Source: a virus (taxonomy: Duplodnaviria > Caudoviricetes). Taken from it: DNA of 64,000 nucleotides. Made by a program: the position numbers and the translations under genes. The stretch lies in the IMG/VR virus record IMGVR_UViG_3300032093_000005. One strand, written 5' to 3'. Shown here piece after piece: positions 35,052 to 44,224 of the stretch; within the stretch, counting starts at the first letter, position 1, and each line of letters opens with the position of its first letter. The notes under the pieces are model-generated. The model searched no databases. It saw only the letters and a list, made by a program, of their open reading frames with translations, and was not told where the DNA came from.

Positions 35052-35468
35052 TTACTTCGCTCTTTCTATTGTAGCAGGAGCAGGTTTGGGAGTCAAGACA
35101 GTAGGTAACCAAGAACCAGTAACAGTAATTACAATAACTAAAACGGCAAGAACACCACCAACTTGCCATCTGAATTTCAAAAGATTATCTATATTTTCTT
35201 CTATTTTATTAAATCTCTCTGCCATTTCATTATGTTCAATCTCATTATCTTTTTTGATCTCATCAATCATTTTGATAAGTAAATCATCATTTCTGATACT
35301 TTGCTCTATTCTCTCATCGTGTTTTGCAAGAATTGTAGCAATACGCGAATTGCCTTCTGATATTTTATCTACTGCTGATTCCAATTTGGAAAGCATTTCG
35401 CGGGATAGGTCTTCATAAATGCTGAGTTTAGATTCAAGAACCGCCAATTTTGATTCTTGTGAGAACAT
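35052..35468 (-). CDS. Coiled-coil membrane protein
   Basis: Heptads, then KFRWQVGGVLAVLVIVI TM; start at MFSQESK. Confidence 0.7.
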   Translation of the reverse strand: MFSQESKLAVLESKLSIYEDLSREMLSKLESAVDKISEGNSRIATILAKHDERIEQSIRNDDLLIKMIDEIKKDNEIEHNEMAERFNKIEENIDNLLKFRWQVGGVLAVLVIVITVTGSWLPTVLTPKPAPATIERAK

Positions 35469-35469
35469 T

Positions 35470-35697
35470 TTACCTCTTCTTTTTAGACCAACGTTTTCTA
35501 GCACCAGGATATTTACCTTTACCTATGATCGATGGTTTATTTCTTCTGGTGAATCCTAAAATTTTATCATATCCTGCTAATTTTTGGCCACTACTAGTCA
35601 ATCCACCATCACCAACAGAATTTGTTGGTGCTCCACCAATCGCACCATCTTCTTTTAAATATCGAATAGTTTGAATTAATTTATCTAACTTATCCAT
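35470..35697 (-). CDS. Hypothetical late protein
   Basis: LKEDG..PTNSVGDGG, basic C-terminus; TAATG overlap. Confidence 0.65.
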   Translation of the reverse strand: MDKLDKLIQTIRYLKEDGAIGGAPTNSVGDGGLTSSGQKLAGYDKILGFTRRNKPSIIGKGKYPGARKRWSKKKR

Positions 35698-36068
35698 TAA
35701 ATTGCTTGCAATTGAGAGAGACACTCATTATCTTCTTGAATATCATGTATTTGAGTTTTGGGATATTCTGGAAAACGATTCAAAAAAACAAGAAAACTTT
35801 TTATATATGGCCAAAGATCTTTTTCTAAATTATAAAATAGTAATGGCACAGCAGCATCATTGAATACATTAAAAAGAACTGTTAAATGATTAAGAATTAA
35901 ATGAACTTTTAATTCACCAGTGTTCTTATATCTTTTTAAAAGTCTTTTAATATATTTGATTCGCTTCAAATCATCCTCAAAATCATCTTTTGTTAAAGCT
36001 TGAGGATTATCGTAGAATTTTATAGCAAATAACAAATAATTACCTTCATTCAATTCATCAAATCTCAT
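35697..36068 (-). CDS. Conserved T4-like hypothetical protein
   Basis: FEDDLKRIKYIKRLL, LILNHLTVLFNVF. Confidence 0.75.
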   Translation of the reverse strand: MRFDELNEGNYLLFAIKFYDNPQALTKDDFEDDLKRIKYIKRLLKRYKNTGELKVHLILNHLTVLFNVFNDAAVPLLFYNLEKDLWPYIKSFLVFLNRFPEYPKTQIHDIQEDNECLSQLQAI

Positions 36069-36069
36069 A

Positions 36070-37098
36070 TCATGCAGTTACTGTCAATGTAGTTGTACCT
36101 AATCCAACTGATCCAGTAGTTCCAGCACCACCAACATTACGAATAAGAACATCACCAAATTGAGAGGTGAATGAACTAGTAACACCTACTCCATTAGATC
36201 CGTCAGTGATAACTCCAACAAATCCAGATGGAACATCAATTTTAAGAACTGTTGCGTTAGTACGAGTACTAAAAGTAACAGCAAGACCAGCAGTAATTGT
36301 AGATGCAATTGTATTGGCACTTCCAATTCTTACAAAAGTGTCTCCAATTGAAACTACTGGGGTATTAGTAAGTTTTCCAGTAATTGTAACTGAACTTCCA
36401 ACAGACACTCCAGATACAGAATCAACAAAAATTACAGTAGCACCAACCCCCACAGTTTGACCAGATGTGGTGGCAGTGATTAAGAAAGGAACATTTGCTG
36501 TTAAAACTGTTGATGGTGCAGTAAATCCAAATGCTACTCTATTAGTAATTTGACCATTAAATTCAGTATAAACATTTGGTGACCCATGTGTTGCTGCGTC
36601 ACCTGCCCAAGCATATTGCGTATTCCCGTTTGATGATGCATATCCAATGATCGCTGTTGATTCATTAGCACCATTTGCATCAAAAGCGCGGATGCGAACT
36701 GTTGAACCAGCCCCAGCAAAAACAAGTTCATTAAACACTACATGAACATATCCAGTTTGTCCTGTAGTAATGCCAGTTGTTCCACCACCACCTACAGAAA
36801 TTGGTGATGCTTGATTTGGATCCTCAAAGAAAACAGCAACTGGGCCCCCTACACCAATACCAGGAGTTCCACCAGTATTTGTAGTATTCAGTCCAACGAC
36901 AGGAACTAATACTTCGTCATAATAACGAGTTGAAATACCAGAGTTTGCTTTTGTTTTGTATCTTCTTACTACCCAACCACGAACATCTGCAAAACAATTC
37001 CAAGGAGTTGTATTTCTGTCTGTCTCTAACAGATGCTTTGGAATAGCGTAGTTATTAGCAGCAGTTTCGGAAGTTGTAGAAATGCCCCAAAGAGCCAT
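36070..37098 (-). CDS. Probable virion structural protein
   Basis: MALWG N-terminus, Thr/Gly/Val beta-rich; terminator plus TATAAATA at 37130-37168. Confidence 0.6.
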   Translation of the reverse strand: MALWGISTTSETAANNYAIPKHLLETDRNTTPWNCFADVRGWVVRRYKTKANSGISTRYYDEVLVPVVGLNTTNTGGTPGIGVGGPVAVFFEDPNQASPISVGGGGTTGITTGQTGYVHVVFNELVFAGAGSTVRIRAFDANGANESTAIIGYASSNGNTQYAWAGDAATHGSPNVYTEFNGQITNRVAFGFTAPSTVLTANVPFLITATTSGQTVGVGATVIFVDSVSGVSVGSSVTITGKLTNTPVVSIGDTFVRIGSANTIASTITAGLAVTFSTRTNATVLKIDVPSGFVGVITDGSNGVGVTSSFTSQFGDVLIRNVGGAGTTGSVGLGTTTLTVTA

Positions 37099-37172
37099 GT
37101 GTCTTACCTATAAATTCTTTTTCTATTCATATTTATAAAAAAAGGAGACCTTAAGTTTGGTCTCCTTTAATT

Positions 37173-37358
37173 TCATTGTCCAGGAGTTAAATCCTTAGCA
37201 CCTTTTGCTTTTAATTGTCCTTGAATTTGAAGAAGAATAAGTGAAAGAATGCCATTTGATTTGACTTTTGGGTTTGCTCCTAATGCCTCTGAAACTGCAA
37301 ACAGAACAGTTGCAATTAGAGCCTGATTAGCAAGACACCATGCTACTAAAGCGGACAT
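37173..37358 (-). CDS. Small membrane protein (holin-like candidate)
   Basis: Two hydrophobic helices around SEALGANPKVKSNG. Confidence 0.55.
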   Translation of the reverse strand: MSALVAWCLANQALIATVLFAVSEALGANPKVKSNGILSLILLQIQGQLKAKGAKDLTPGQ

Positions 37359-37391
37359 AATATCCTCCGTGTGAAGAGTATCCTGTCCTAT

Positions 37392-38702
37392 TTATTCAGG
37401 AGAAACCATTACAATAGGATTTTTTGCTCCTCTATATCTTGCACCAATTTTTGCAATACTCATTGCAGTTGGAACAGCACGAGCATCCATTTTTTCATCC
37501 TTCTTAAGATTCATTTTTTCAGCATCATCATTTTCACACTCAGATGCTTCCTTCATTGCTTGCTTACGAATTGTAGCAAAATAAACTTTCTTTCCTTTTT
37601 CTGCACCATATTGCTGTTGCATACTTGCCTTCATTCCAGAAGGATCATACTTCTTTTTTAACTTTTTTTCTTTTGTTTTCTCAGATTTATTCATCTTTTT
37701 TTCTTGAAGTATTCCAAGAAATTTTGAGTATCCAGTTTCAAGGATAACTTCACCATAAAGTTCAGTATGTGCTAAAACAGTATTTGATGGATTTACAACA
37801 ACCTTATTTTTTACTTTTGCTGGAAGAATATCAATTTGAGTTGCATTTGCATCAGGATTATCATATTCTGGGGCATCAGTTTGAGGCAAATTTGCCATTC
37901 TTGACACTTCACCGATGAATTCTTCTTTTACGTTTGATGTATCTTTACCATCAGGAACTCCACCTCTTTTACGTTGGATTGCATTATGAACTGAACCACG
38001 ATATTCTTTAGCGCCACTTTCAATTTTACCATCACCATCATAATCTCTCTTTGCTTTTCCTCCACCTAAAGCAGAAGCAGTTTGCTCTCCTTTTTTCTTT
38101 TCACCTTCATATGGAGTTCCATACTCAGTCATTTCAACTTCAAGACCTTTTGATCTAAGTTGGCTAATTTTTTCACGATTGGCATATCTTACATAAGTTA
38201 CATTACTTTTTTTATCAGTAACTCTTACTTTGTATTTTTTACCTTCGCTTGTATTATATTTGTTAAAATGTGCCTTTTCTTCCAAATCATATTTAAGTTG
38301 ATCTAGATCAACTACCTCATTTTTCTTTTCTACAAACACTTTATAGAGTGCTTTTGCCATCAAATCTGAAGCAGATACTTTCATATCCATTTCAAAATTT
38401 TCTGCCTGAGTTCCATCTTTACCAAAAAGTTTTTGTTTTACTGCCGATTTTTCTGCTTCACTCAGGCCACTATGTTGCATATATTCAGCATATGCAGTTT
38501 GTAGTGTTTTATTTTCTCTTCTACTTCTTAGACGAATATCAGAGGCAGCTTGACTTATTCTTTCCTCCTCCGTTTTTTCTACACCACTCTTTGGTTTGTT
38601 ATTACCTGCAGATGGTTTATTTGCTCCTGGTTTTGAAGGAGAAGACATTTGTGCTTGTGGATGCTTTCTTGCAGGAAGATCTTCAGCAATATGCTTTTTC
38701 AT
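37392..38702 (-). CDS. Highly charged late protein, probable head/internal protein
   Basis: KRDYDGDGKIES motif, many (I/L/V)xE sites, Lys-rich segments. Confidence 0.65.
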   Translation of the reverse strand: MKKHIAEDLPARKHPQAQMSSPSKPGANKPSAGNNKPKSGVEKTEEERISQAASDIRLRSRRENKTLQTAYAEYMQHSGLSEAEKSAVKQKLFGKDGTQAENFEMDMKVSASDLMAKALYKVFVEKKNEVVDLDQLKYDLEEKAHFNKYNTSEGKKYKVRVTDKKSNVTYVRYANREKISQLRSKGLEVEMTEYGTPYEGEKKKGEQTASALGGGKAKRDYDGDGKIESGAKEYRGSVHNAIQRKRGGVPDGKDTSNVKEEFIGEVSRMANLPQTDAPEYDNPDANATQIDILPAKVKNKVVVNPSNTVLAHTELYGEVILETGYSKFLGILQEKKMNKSEKTKEKKLKKKYDPSGMKASMQQQYGAEKGKKVYFATIRKQAMKEASECENDDAEKMNLKKDEKMDARAVPTAMSIAKIGARYRGAKNPIVMVSPE

Positions 38703-38711
38703 GAGAACAAT

Positions 38712-40046
38712 TTAACGTTTTACTTTTTTCCTATTTTTATTTATCAAATTAATACCATAAGGTTTTCCACCACTTTCAAGATTTTTAGCACCAACTCCAA
38801 TAACACCAGGAGTCATCATTGCAGCATATCTAAAAGCACCTAAAGTTCCAACTAACGTATTAGGTTTTCCTGGAAGTCGCATCATCTTATCCATTTGCTT
38901 TTCAGAGTAAGATTCTTTGACATCTTTAATCCAAGATTTAAACATCATCCCATTCTCAGTTACACAAATGAGATAATTAGTTCCTCTACGAATAATTTTA
39001 CCATTCAATCCAGTATTTAAATTTTCAACAAAGGTTCCAACTTTAAAAATACTTTCATCAATATAATTTTCTCTTAAAGATTTTTGATCAAATTTTGGAG
39101 CAATTTCCCAAGTATTATATCCTTCTTGCTGAATTTCTTGAATACCCATTCCTTGACGAACTAAATCAAAAAGTTCAAGTGCTTGTTTATTTCTAACTCC
39201 TTTTGGTAAAGCGGAACGGAAAGTCATAAAATCTCCCTCCGCTGCAGCAAGACGTGACCTTGATGCAGATACTCCTTCTACACCTTTATTACTATCAGGA
39301 TCCCTATCACCTGCAGAAAGAACATCAATCACATCAAACTGATATAGTTGTCCATTATAATCGTTTGATAATCTTTCAAATTCTTTGACTCGATCTGCAC
39401 CACCAACAATCCTTACGTTGCTGTATCCGTCATTATGTGCTTTTTTAAGCACATCAAAAATGGTTCTGTAATTGACATCATTGACAATTCTCTCACTATG
39501 GTCAGGGAACATCCGCCTCATGTATGAAATCTTAGTATCAGGATCTAGAGGATTTTTCTTTTTATCCTGACTACGAGAAGGGACAATGATATAATCACCA
39601 CCATCCTCCATTGCTGCCATTGCTGCAGTATCCATCAATTGTTGATGTCCAATGGTAGGAGGATTGAAACGACCAAAAGCAACAGTCAGAGTCCCTTTTG
39701 TTTTAGGAACGGGTGGCGGTGTTGCTACTGGTGCTTCTTCAGGTGCAGGTTGTTGATCCACTGCCTGCTGGTCCATAGGCACCTGTTCTTGAGGAGCAGG
39801 AGCAGAGGGTGCTGGGGCAGCAGATCCAAGAGGGATATTTTTTTCAAATTCTCCTTGCTTAGGATCCTTTCCACCGATCACTTGTCGCTTGTTGAAATAC
39901 TTCAATTGACCACTCACGGTCTTTGCCTCAAATTCACCAGTGGCCCTATTATACCACCCTCCGTGCCCATCGCCAACAAGTCCAAGACGTTTTGCCTGAA
40001 CTGATGCGGAGGTTGCCTCTGTAATGAATTGGGAAAATGTTTTCAT
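38712..40046 (-). CDS. Cytidyltransferase-like (HIGH family) cyanophage protein
   Basis: FGRFNPPTIGH, SRSQD..KNPL, GGADR, SAGDRDPD, SAS; N-terminus MKTFSQFITEA; ATAAATA upstream near 40100-40116. Confidence 0.85.
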   Translation of the reverse strand: MKTFSQFITEATSASVQAKRLGLVGDGHGGWYNRATGEFEAKTVSGQLKYFNKRQVIGGKDPKQGEFEKNIPLGSAAPAPSAPAPQEQVPMDQQAVDQQPAPEEAPVATPPPVPKTKGTLTVAFGRFNPPTIGHQQLMDTAAMAAMEDGGDYIIVPSRSQDKKKNPLDPDTKISYMRRMFPDHSERIVNDVNYRTIFDVLKKAHNDGYSNVRIVGGADRVKEFERLSNDYNGQLYQFDVIDVLSAGDRDPDSNKGVEGVSASRSRLAAAEGDFMTFRSALPKGVRNKQALELFDLVRQGMGIQEIQQEGYNTWEIAPKFDQKSLRENYIDESIFKVGTFVENLNTGLNGKIIRRGTNYLICVTENGMMFKSWIKDVKESYSEKQMDKMMRLPGKPNTLVGTLGAFRYAAMMTPGVIGVGAKNLESGGKPYGINLINKNRKKVKR

Positions 40047-40120
40047 TCTAAACGAAATATTATTACAAAACTGTAACTATATTAACCTTTCTAATATCTA
40101 TTTATCCTTTATTTATTTGA

Positions 40121-40193
40121 TGCCCGTGAGTAGATTCGAACTACCACTGTATGGATTCTAAGTCCACCCTCTCTACCGTTGGAGTACACGGGC
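40121..40193 (-). tRNA. tRNA-Leu(UAG), short variable loop
   Basis: GCCCGTG/CACGGGC, GTGGA-CTTAGAA-TCCAT, A73, only 5 variable nt. Confidence 0.85.
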
Positions 40194-40196
40194 AAA

Positions 40197-40269
40197 TGGA
40201 GATAAGGAGACTCGAACTCCTGACTTCAACCTTGCAAAGGTCGCACTCTACCAACTGAGTTATATCCCC
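40197..40269 (-). tRNA. tRNA-Ala(UGC)
   Basis: GGGGATA/TATCTCC with G3-U70, TTTGCAA loop. Confidence 0.95.
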
Positions 40270-40284
40270 AAGAAAAGAATTATA

Positions 40285-40692
40285 TCACCGAAGTGGCATA
40301 AGGTCAAATAATTCTGGATGAAGAAATCCATATTTTCTCATAATCTCACCTGCTTTTGCATTTGCTTGATTTTCAGTAGGACTTCCAGCATGAGAACTTT
40401 TACGAATAAGTCCCTTTTCCATATGTTGCTTGTAATGCACATATTCATGTGCAAGAGTTCTCATAATATCAATAGGATGGCGGTTGATAATACTCAAATG
40501 AATTACATTTTCTTTTGATATCTCACCAAATGCTGCTATTTTTTTAGAAAACTCAACATCATCTACAAATATGACTGGAATATCATAAGTAAGTTGAAGT
40601 TCTCTTTTAAGGAAGACCTGAAATCTTTTGATAATTAAATCAAATTGAATTTTACTAGTAGGTCTTCCTTTTCTCTTTCCAATCAAAGACAT
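40285..40692 (-). CDS. Zincin-like (HExxH) hypothetical protein
   Basis: TLAHEYVHYKQ, ENQANA; ATAAATA at 40702-40708. Confidence 0.65.
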   Translation of the reverse strand: MSLIGKRKGRPTSKIQFDLIIKRFQVFLKRELQLTYDIPVIFVDDVEFSKKIAAFGEISKENVIHLSIINRHPIDIMRTLAHEYVHYKQHMEKGLIRKSSHAGSPTENQANAKAGEIMRKYGFLHPELFDLMPLR

Positions 40693-40704
40693 TTTTTGAA
40701 ATAT

Positions 40705-40884
40705 TTATTCTGCACCAAGAACAGCGCCAATATTGCCATCAATGTCTTGAATAATAGCACGAATATCCGAAATGCGTGGAGGAACACTTTCTGGATCGTA
40801 AGTATATCCTTTTTGTGATTCAAAAAGAATTTGACGAACGGCTGCAGCCGAACGAACATCCATTTTAAGAGTAACTTTTTTCAT
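40705..40884 (-). CDS. 59-aa hypothetical protein (not in ORF track)
   Basis: MKKVTLKMDVRSAAAVRQILFESQKGYTYD...; ATGA overlap with mazG. Confidence 0.6.
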   Translation of the reverse strand: MKKVTLKMDVRSAAAVRQILFESQKGYTYDPESVPPRISDIRAIIQDIDGNIGAVLGAE

Positions 40885-41297
40885 CGGTCGTCAGCAGCAC
40901 GGTTTTCGGAGAAGTAAACATCAAAAGCACCTTCAGGATAACGCTTCAGAAGTTTTTGCACATTACGAGCAACCACTTCATCAAGAGTTACATCAAGCGC
41001 CATACAAGCTTGAGCAACATACCACATAATATCACCAAGTTCAATAATCAGGTGTTCGCGGTTATCTTCGTTAAACGGTTTACCCTGAAAGATCATTTTC
41101 TTCACAATCTCCATAAACTCACCACCTTCAGCATTGATACCAACGGCAGCAGTCAGAAGACGTTCAATATTAGCACCTTTCTCATCCAGTGCGACAAGAC
41201 GATCAGAAAGGGAGAGAAAGTCTTTGGATGCATCAGAAGTTACAGCATCCACAAACTCGGCATACTTATCAAAATTAACGTGTCTAGCAGTTTCCAT
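40881..41297 (-). CDS. mazG: MazG nucleotide pyrophosphohydrolase
   Basis: EGGEFMEIVKK, ELGDIMWY, NVQKLLKRYP. Confidence 0.92.
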   Translation of the reverse strand: METARHVNFDKYAEFVDAVTSDASKDFLSLSDRLVALDEKGANIERLLTAAVGINAEGGEFMEIVKKMIFQGKPFNEDNREHLIIELGDIMWYVAQACMALDVTLDEVVARNVQKLLKRYPEGAFDVYFSENRAADDR

Positions 41298-42673
41298 TAA
41301 AATTTAAATCCTTCAAACGATTTTTTGGGTTTCTTGTCTTCATCATTATACTCGTCATCCTGTCCAGAGTCAAGTATATCTTTTTGTGCAGACTGTTCAC
41401 AATCATAAAGTCTCATCTTTGCTCTGTCAATACCCACAATAAAACGCTTGTAGATCGTAGGGTCATTGTATCGATTCTTCAATTGTTTCACCATAATCTG
41501 TCCCAACTGTTCAAGTTCTTCAGTGCTAATAAGGGCAAACATAAGATCAGCAGTAGCAGGGAGGCCAAAGGATTCACTAGTATCAGTAAGTTCAACATCA
41601 CTATTACCGTAACCTGAACGAGTGGTCTGAGTAGCGGAGACAATTGGGACATTAAACTCAACTGCGAGTCCCCGAAGTTCTTCAGCAATCGCTTTAATAT
41701 AAGAATATGAATTGACAGAAAGGTTCGACTTATACCTGCTGGAAGCACATATATTAAGGTAATCAATGAAAATAATATCAGGTCTAAATGACTTCTTAAG
41801 TGCCAACTCATTAAGCAATGCCTTAAAGTGTCCACTATGCGCTGATGCAGTGGGATACTCTTTAATTATAAGTGTTCCTTGTGTCTTCTTAGACAGATTG
41901 GTTACTTTATTCTCGAACATTTGACGTGGGAGATCAACCAACGACTGAATCGGAGTATTGAGAAGGTTTGCATCAATCCTTTCCGCAATTCGTTCCTCTG
42001 CCATTTCAAGAGTGATATAGAGAACGGACCTGCCTTGCAGTAAGACGGAACTAGCCACATGGCACATGAATAACGATTTCCCAACACCCGTGCCAGCCAG
42101 AGCGATGTTGAGAGTCTTATTAGGGAGACCACCCTTTGTGATTTTGTTGAAATATTCCAAATCAAACTCGATCTTATCTTCTTTACGATGATAAAAGTCA
42201 TAACGTTCCTCATAGTTTTGAAGATAGTCGTGTCCGATATTATTATCAAAACTTACTGCAAGAGCATCCGAAAGAATGCTTGGAATGGCATCACGATTCT
42301 TATCTTTATTATTTCCATCAGCAATATGAATAGACTCCATGAGTGCCAAATAGATTGCACGATCACGACACCACTTTTCGGTAGTGTCAAGCAACCACTG
42401 CTTTTCTACAGGAGAATCATTCAGAGACTTGTTGATATCTCGAATCTCTTTGATTTGATCTTCTGTCAAATCAGTGCGATTCTCTACCTCAATATTAAGT
42501 GCTTCGATGGTGATTGCCGAACCATACTTAACAATGAATTGAACAATCTCTTCAAAAATAACCTTCTCGGTCTTTTGCTCAAAATAATCTGGTTGAATGA
42601 AAGGTATGACCTTGCGTGAGTAGTCTTCATTAAATACTAGATTCCTAAGAATAGTTGTCTCAATTCGTTCCAT
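41297..42673 (-). CDS. Replicative helicase (gp41)
   Basis: AGTGVGKS Walker A, ITLEMAE, FIDYLN, ATQTTR, SESFGL, KQLKNRY. Confidence 0.96.
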   Translation of the reverse strand: MERIETTILRNLVFNEDYSRKVIPFIQPDYFEQKTEKVIFEEIVQFIVKYGSAITIEALNIEVENRTDLTEDQIKEIRDINKSLNDSPVEKQWLLDTTEKWCRDRAIYLALMESIHIADGNNKDKNRDAIPSILSDALAVSFDNNIGHDYLQNYEERYDFYHRKEDKIEFDLEYFNKITKGGLPNKTLNIALAGTGVGKSLFMCHVASSVLLQGRSVLYITLEMAEERIAERIDANLLNTPIQSLVDLPRQMFENKVTNLSKKTQGTLIIKEYPTASAHSGHFKALLNELALKKSFRPDIIFIDYLNICASSRYKSNLSVNSYSYIKAIAEELRGLAVEFNVPIVSATQTTRSGYGNSDVELTDTSESFGLPATADLMFALISTEELEQLGQIMVKQLKNRYNDPTIYKRFIVGIDRAKMRLYDCEQSAQKDILDSGQDDEYNDEDKKPKKSFEGFKF

Positions 42674-43230
42674 TACTTATAATGCAAATAGGCACTCAAA
42701 ATATACTTTGAACCACTCAAGGGTGGATTTCCCTTATGAGGAAACATCCATAGTGGTGGGAACATTACTAGTGTTCCTTTTTTAGGTTGGATAGATAAGT
42801 CTCTAAAAACAGTCTCTCCCCCAGATTCTACATCATTCAAATACCACATGAAGGATAAAAATCTTCTTGCAGACTCATGATCAACAACATCAACATGTGT
42901 ATCAAATCGATCTTCTCCATCAGGATTATACTTCTTTATACGAAATTGTTCAAGAGCATGTTCCTGTGGAAAAACCCTATCGTCAATAAATTCATAATAC
43001 TTATCACGATACTCAAATATTTTTTTGATGATGTGATTATGAACTTGATTAACTTCTGAAGTGAGTTCTCGATTCTCAGTTAAATTGAATTGAGTGAAAT
43101 TTGGTTTGCCCTGATTATTATGACGTTCATGTTTATCTGAGACTTGCTCAAATAAAGAAACTAGAAAGTCACAGATCTCAGACTCTAAAGCATTTTCATA
43201 TAGATGAATGAGATCATTAAGTTCAACCAT
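42673..43230 (-). CDS. 2OG-Fe(II) oxygenase
   Basis: FDTHVD (HxD), [19 protein letters not shown]; start at MVELND. Confidence 0.88.
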   Translation of the reverse strand: MVELNDLIHLYENALESEICDFLVSLFEQVSDKHERHNNQGKPNFTQFNLTENRELTSEVNQVHNHIIKKIFEYRDKYYEFIDDRVFPQEHALEQFRIKKYNPDGEDRFDTHVDVVDHESARRFLSFMWYLNDVESGGETVFRDLSIQPKKGTLVMFPPLWMFPHKGNPPLSGSKYILSAYLHYK

Positions 43231-44224
43231 AACTAAATTCTTCTTTGGCAATTGCATCAAGTTTCTGCATCACTTCTTCGGTGAAATACTGATTAGGATT
43301 TCTCAGGATTTCTTTTGCATAAATTTTCTTGCCGTCCATCTCATAGCGACCCGCAACATTCTTCCAGAGTCCACCGAGTTCCCCGAGTTCCAGAAGACCA
43401 TAATACCGATCAAGACCGCGCTCATCATAAAATAAACGGACTTCAACGTCTTTATTCTCCTTACTTAAACGTGACTTAGCAGTCTTTGCCTTGATAATAT
43501 TTCCGACCACTTCTGTTCCATCCTTCTCTTTTTTCTTACTGAGATATATGATAGAAGAAGCAGCATACTTAAGACCACTGCCACCACCCATCTCTTTAGT
43601 AGGAACGTAAGCACCAATGACATCATAGGTATGGTTGGTAACAATCATTGGAATTTTTGCTTGTCCAAGTTTAAGAGTAAGCATACGGAATGCACCTTTA
43701 ATGAGTTGAGATTTAGTCATGTCCCGAACTTCTTTATCATTCAGAGCATCATTAATCTCCTTACTCGTGGAAAGCATTCCCAAAGAGTCTAGCACAAAAA
43801 TACAAGGTTTACGTTCTGCTTCTGGTTTTTTCATATACATATCCACTGCTTTGAGTGCCGTTCCACGAAACTCTTCTACGGTGACAACATTAACCACGAC
43901 AAGACGAGAAGTATCAATTCCACGAGATTCTAAAAGAGATTTAGTGATAGCAGCCTCAGTATCAAAGTAGAGACAATAACCATCGGGGTGAGTATCGAGA
44001 AAATTCTTAACCACAGCGAGAGAGAAGAAAGTCTTTCCAGTAGAAGACTCTCCAGCAATAGCAGTAATCTTATTCCCAGATACACCACCAAATATGCTAC
44101 CTGAAACCAGTGCATTAAAAATGTACGAACCCGTGTCAACATAAGTTTCAGTCTCATCAATATCGGAAGCAAGTTGAGTATACTCACCACCAATTTCTTT
44201 TACAATATCTTTAAGAAAGTCCAT
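43223..44224 (-). CDS. uvsX: RecA-like recombinase UvsX
   Basis: [23 protein letters not shown]. Confidence 0.95.
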   Translation of the reverse strand: MDFLKDIVKEIGGEYTQLASDIDETETYVDTGSYIFNALVSGSIFGGVSGNKITAIAGESSTGKTFFSLAVVKNFLDTHPDGYCLYFDTEAAITKSLLESRGIDTSRLVVVNVVTVEEFRGTALKAVDMYMKKPEAERKPCIFVLDSLGMLSTSKEINDALNDKEVRDMTKSQLIKGAFRMLTLKLGQAKIPMIVTNHTYDVIGAYVPTKEMGGGSGLKYAASSIIYLSKKKEKDGTEVVGNIIKAKTAKSRLSKENKDVEVRLFYDERGLDRYYGLLELGELGGLWKNVAGRYEMDGKKIYAKEILRNPNQYFTEEVMQKLDAIAKEEFSYG

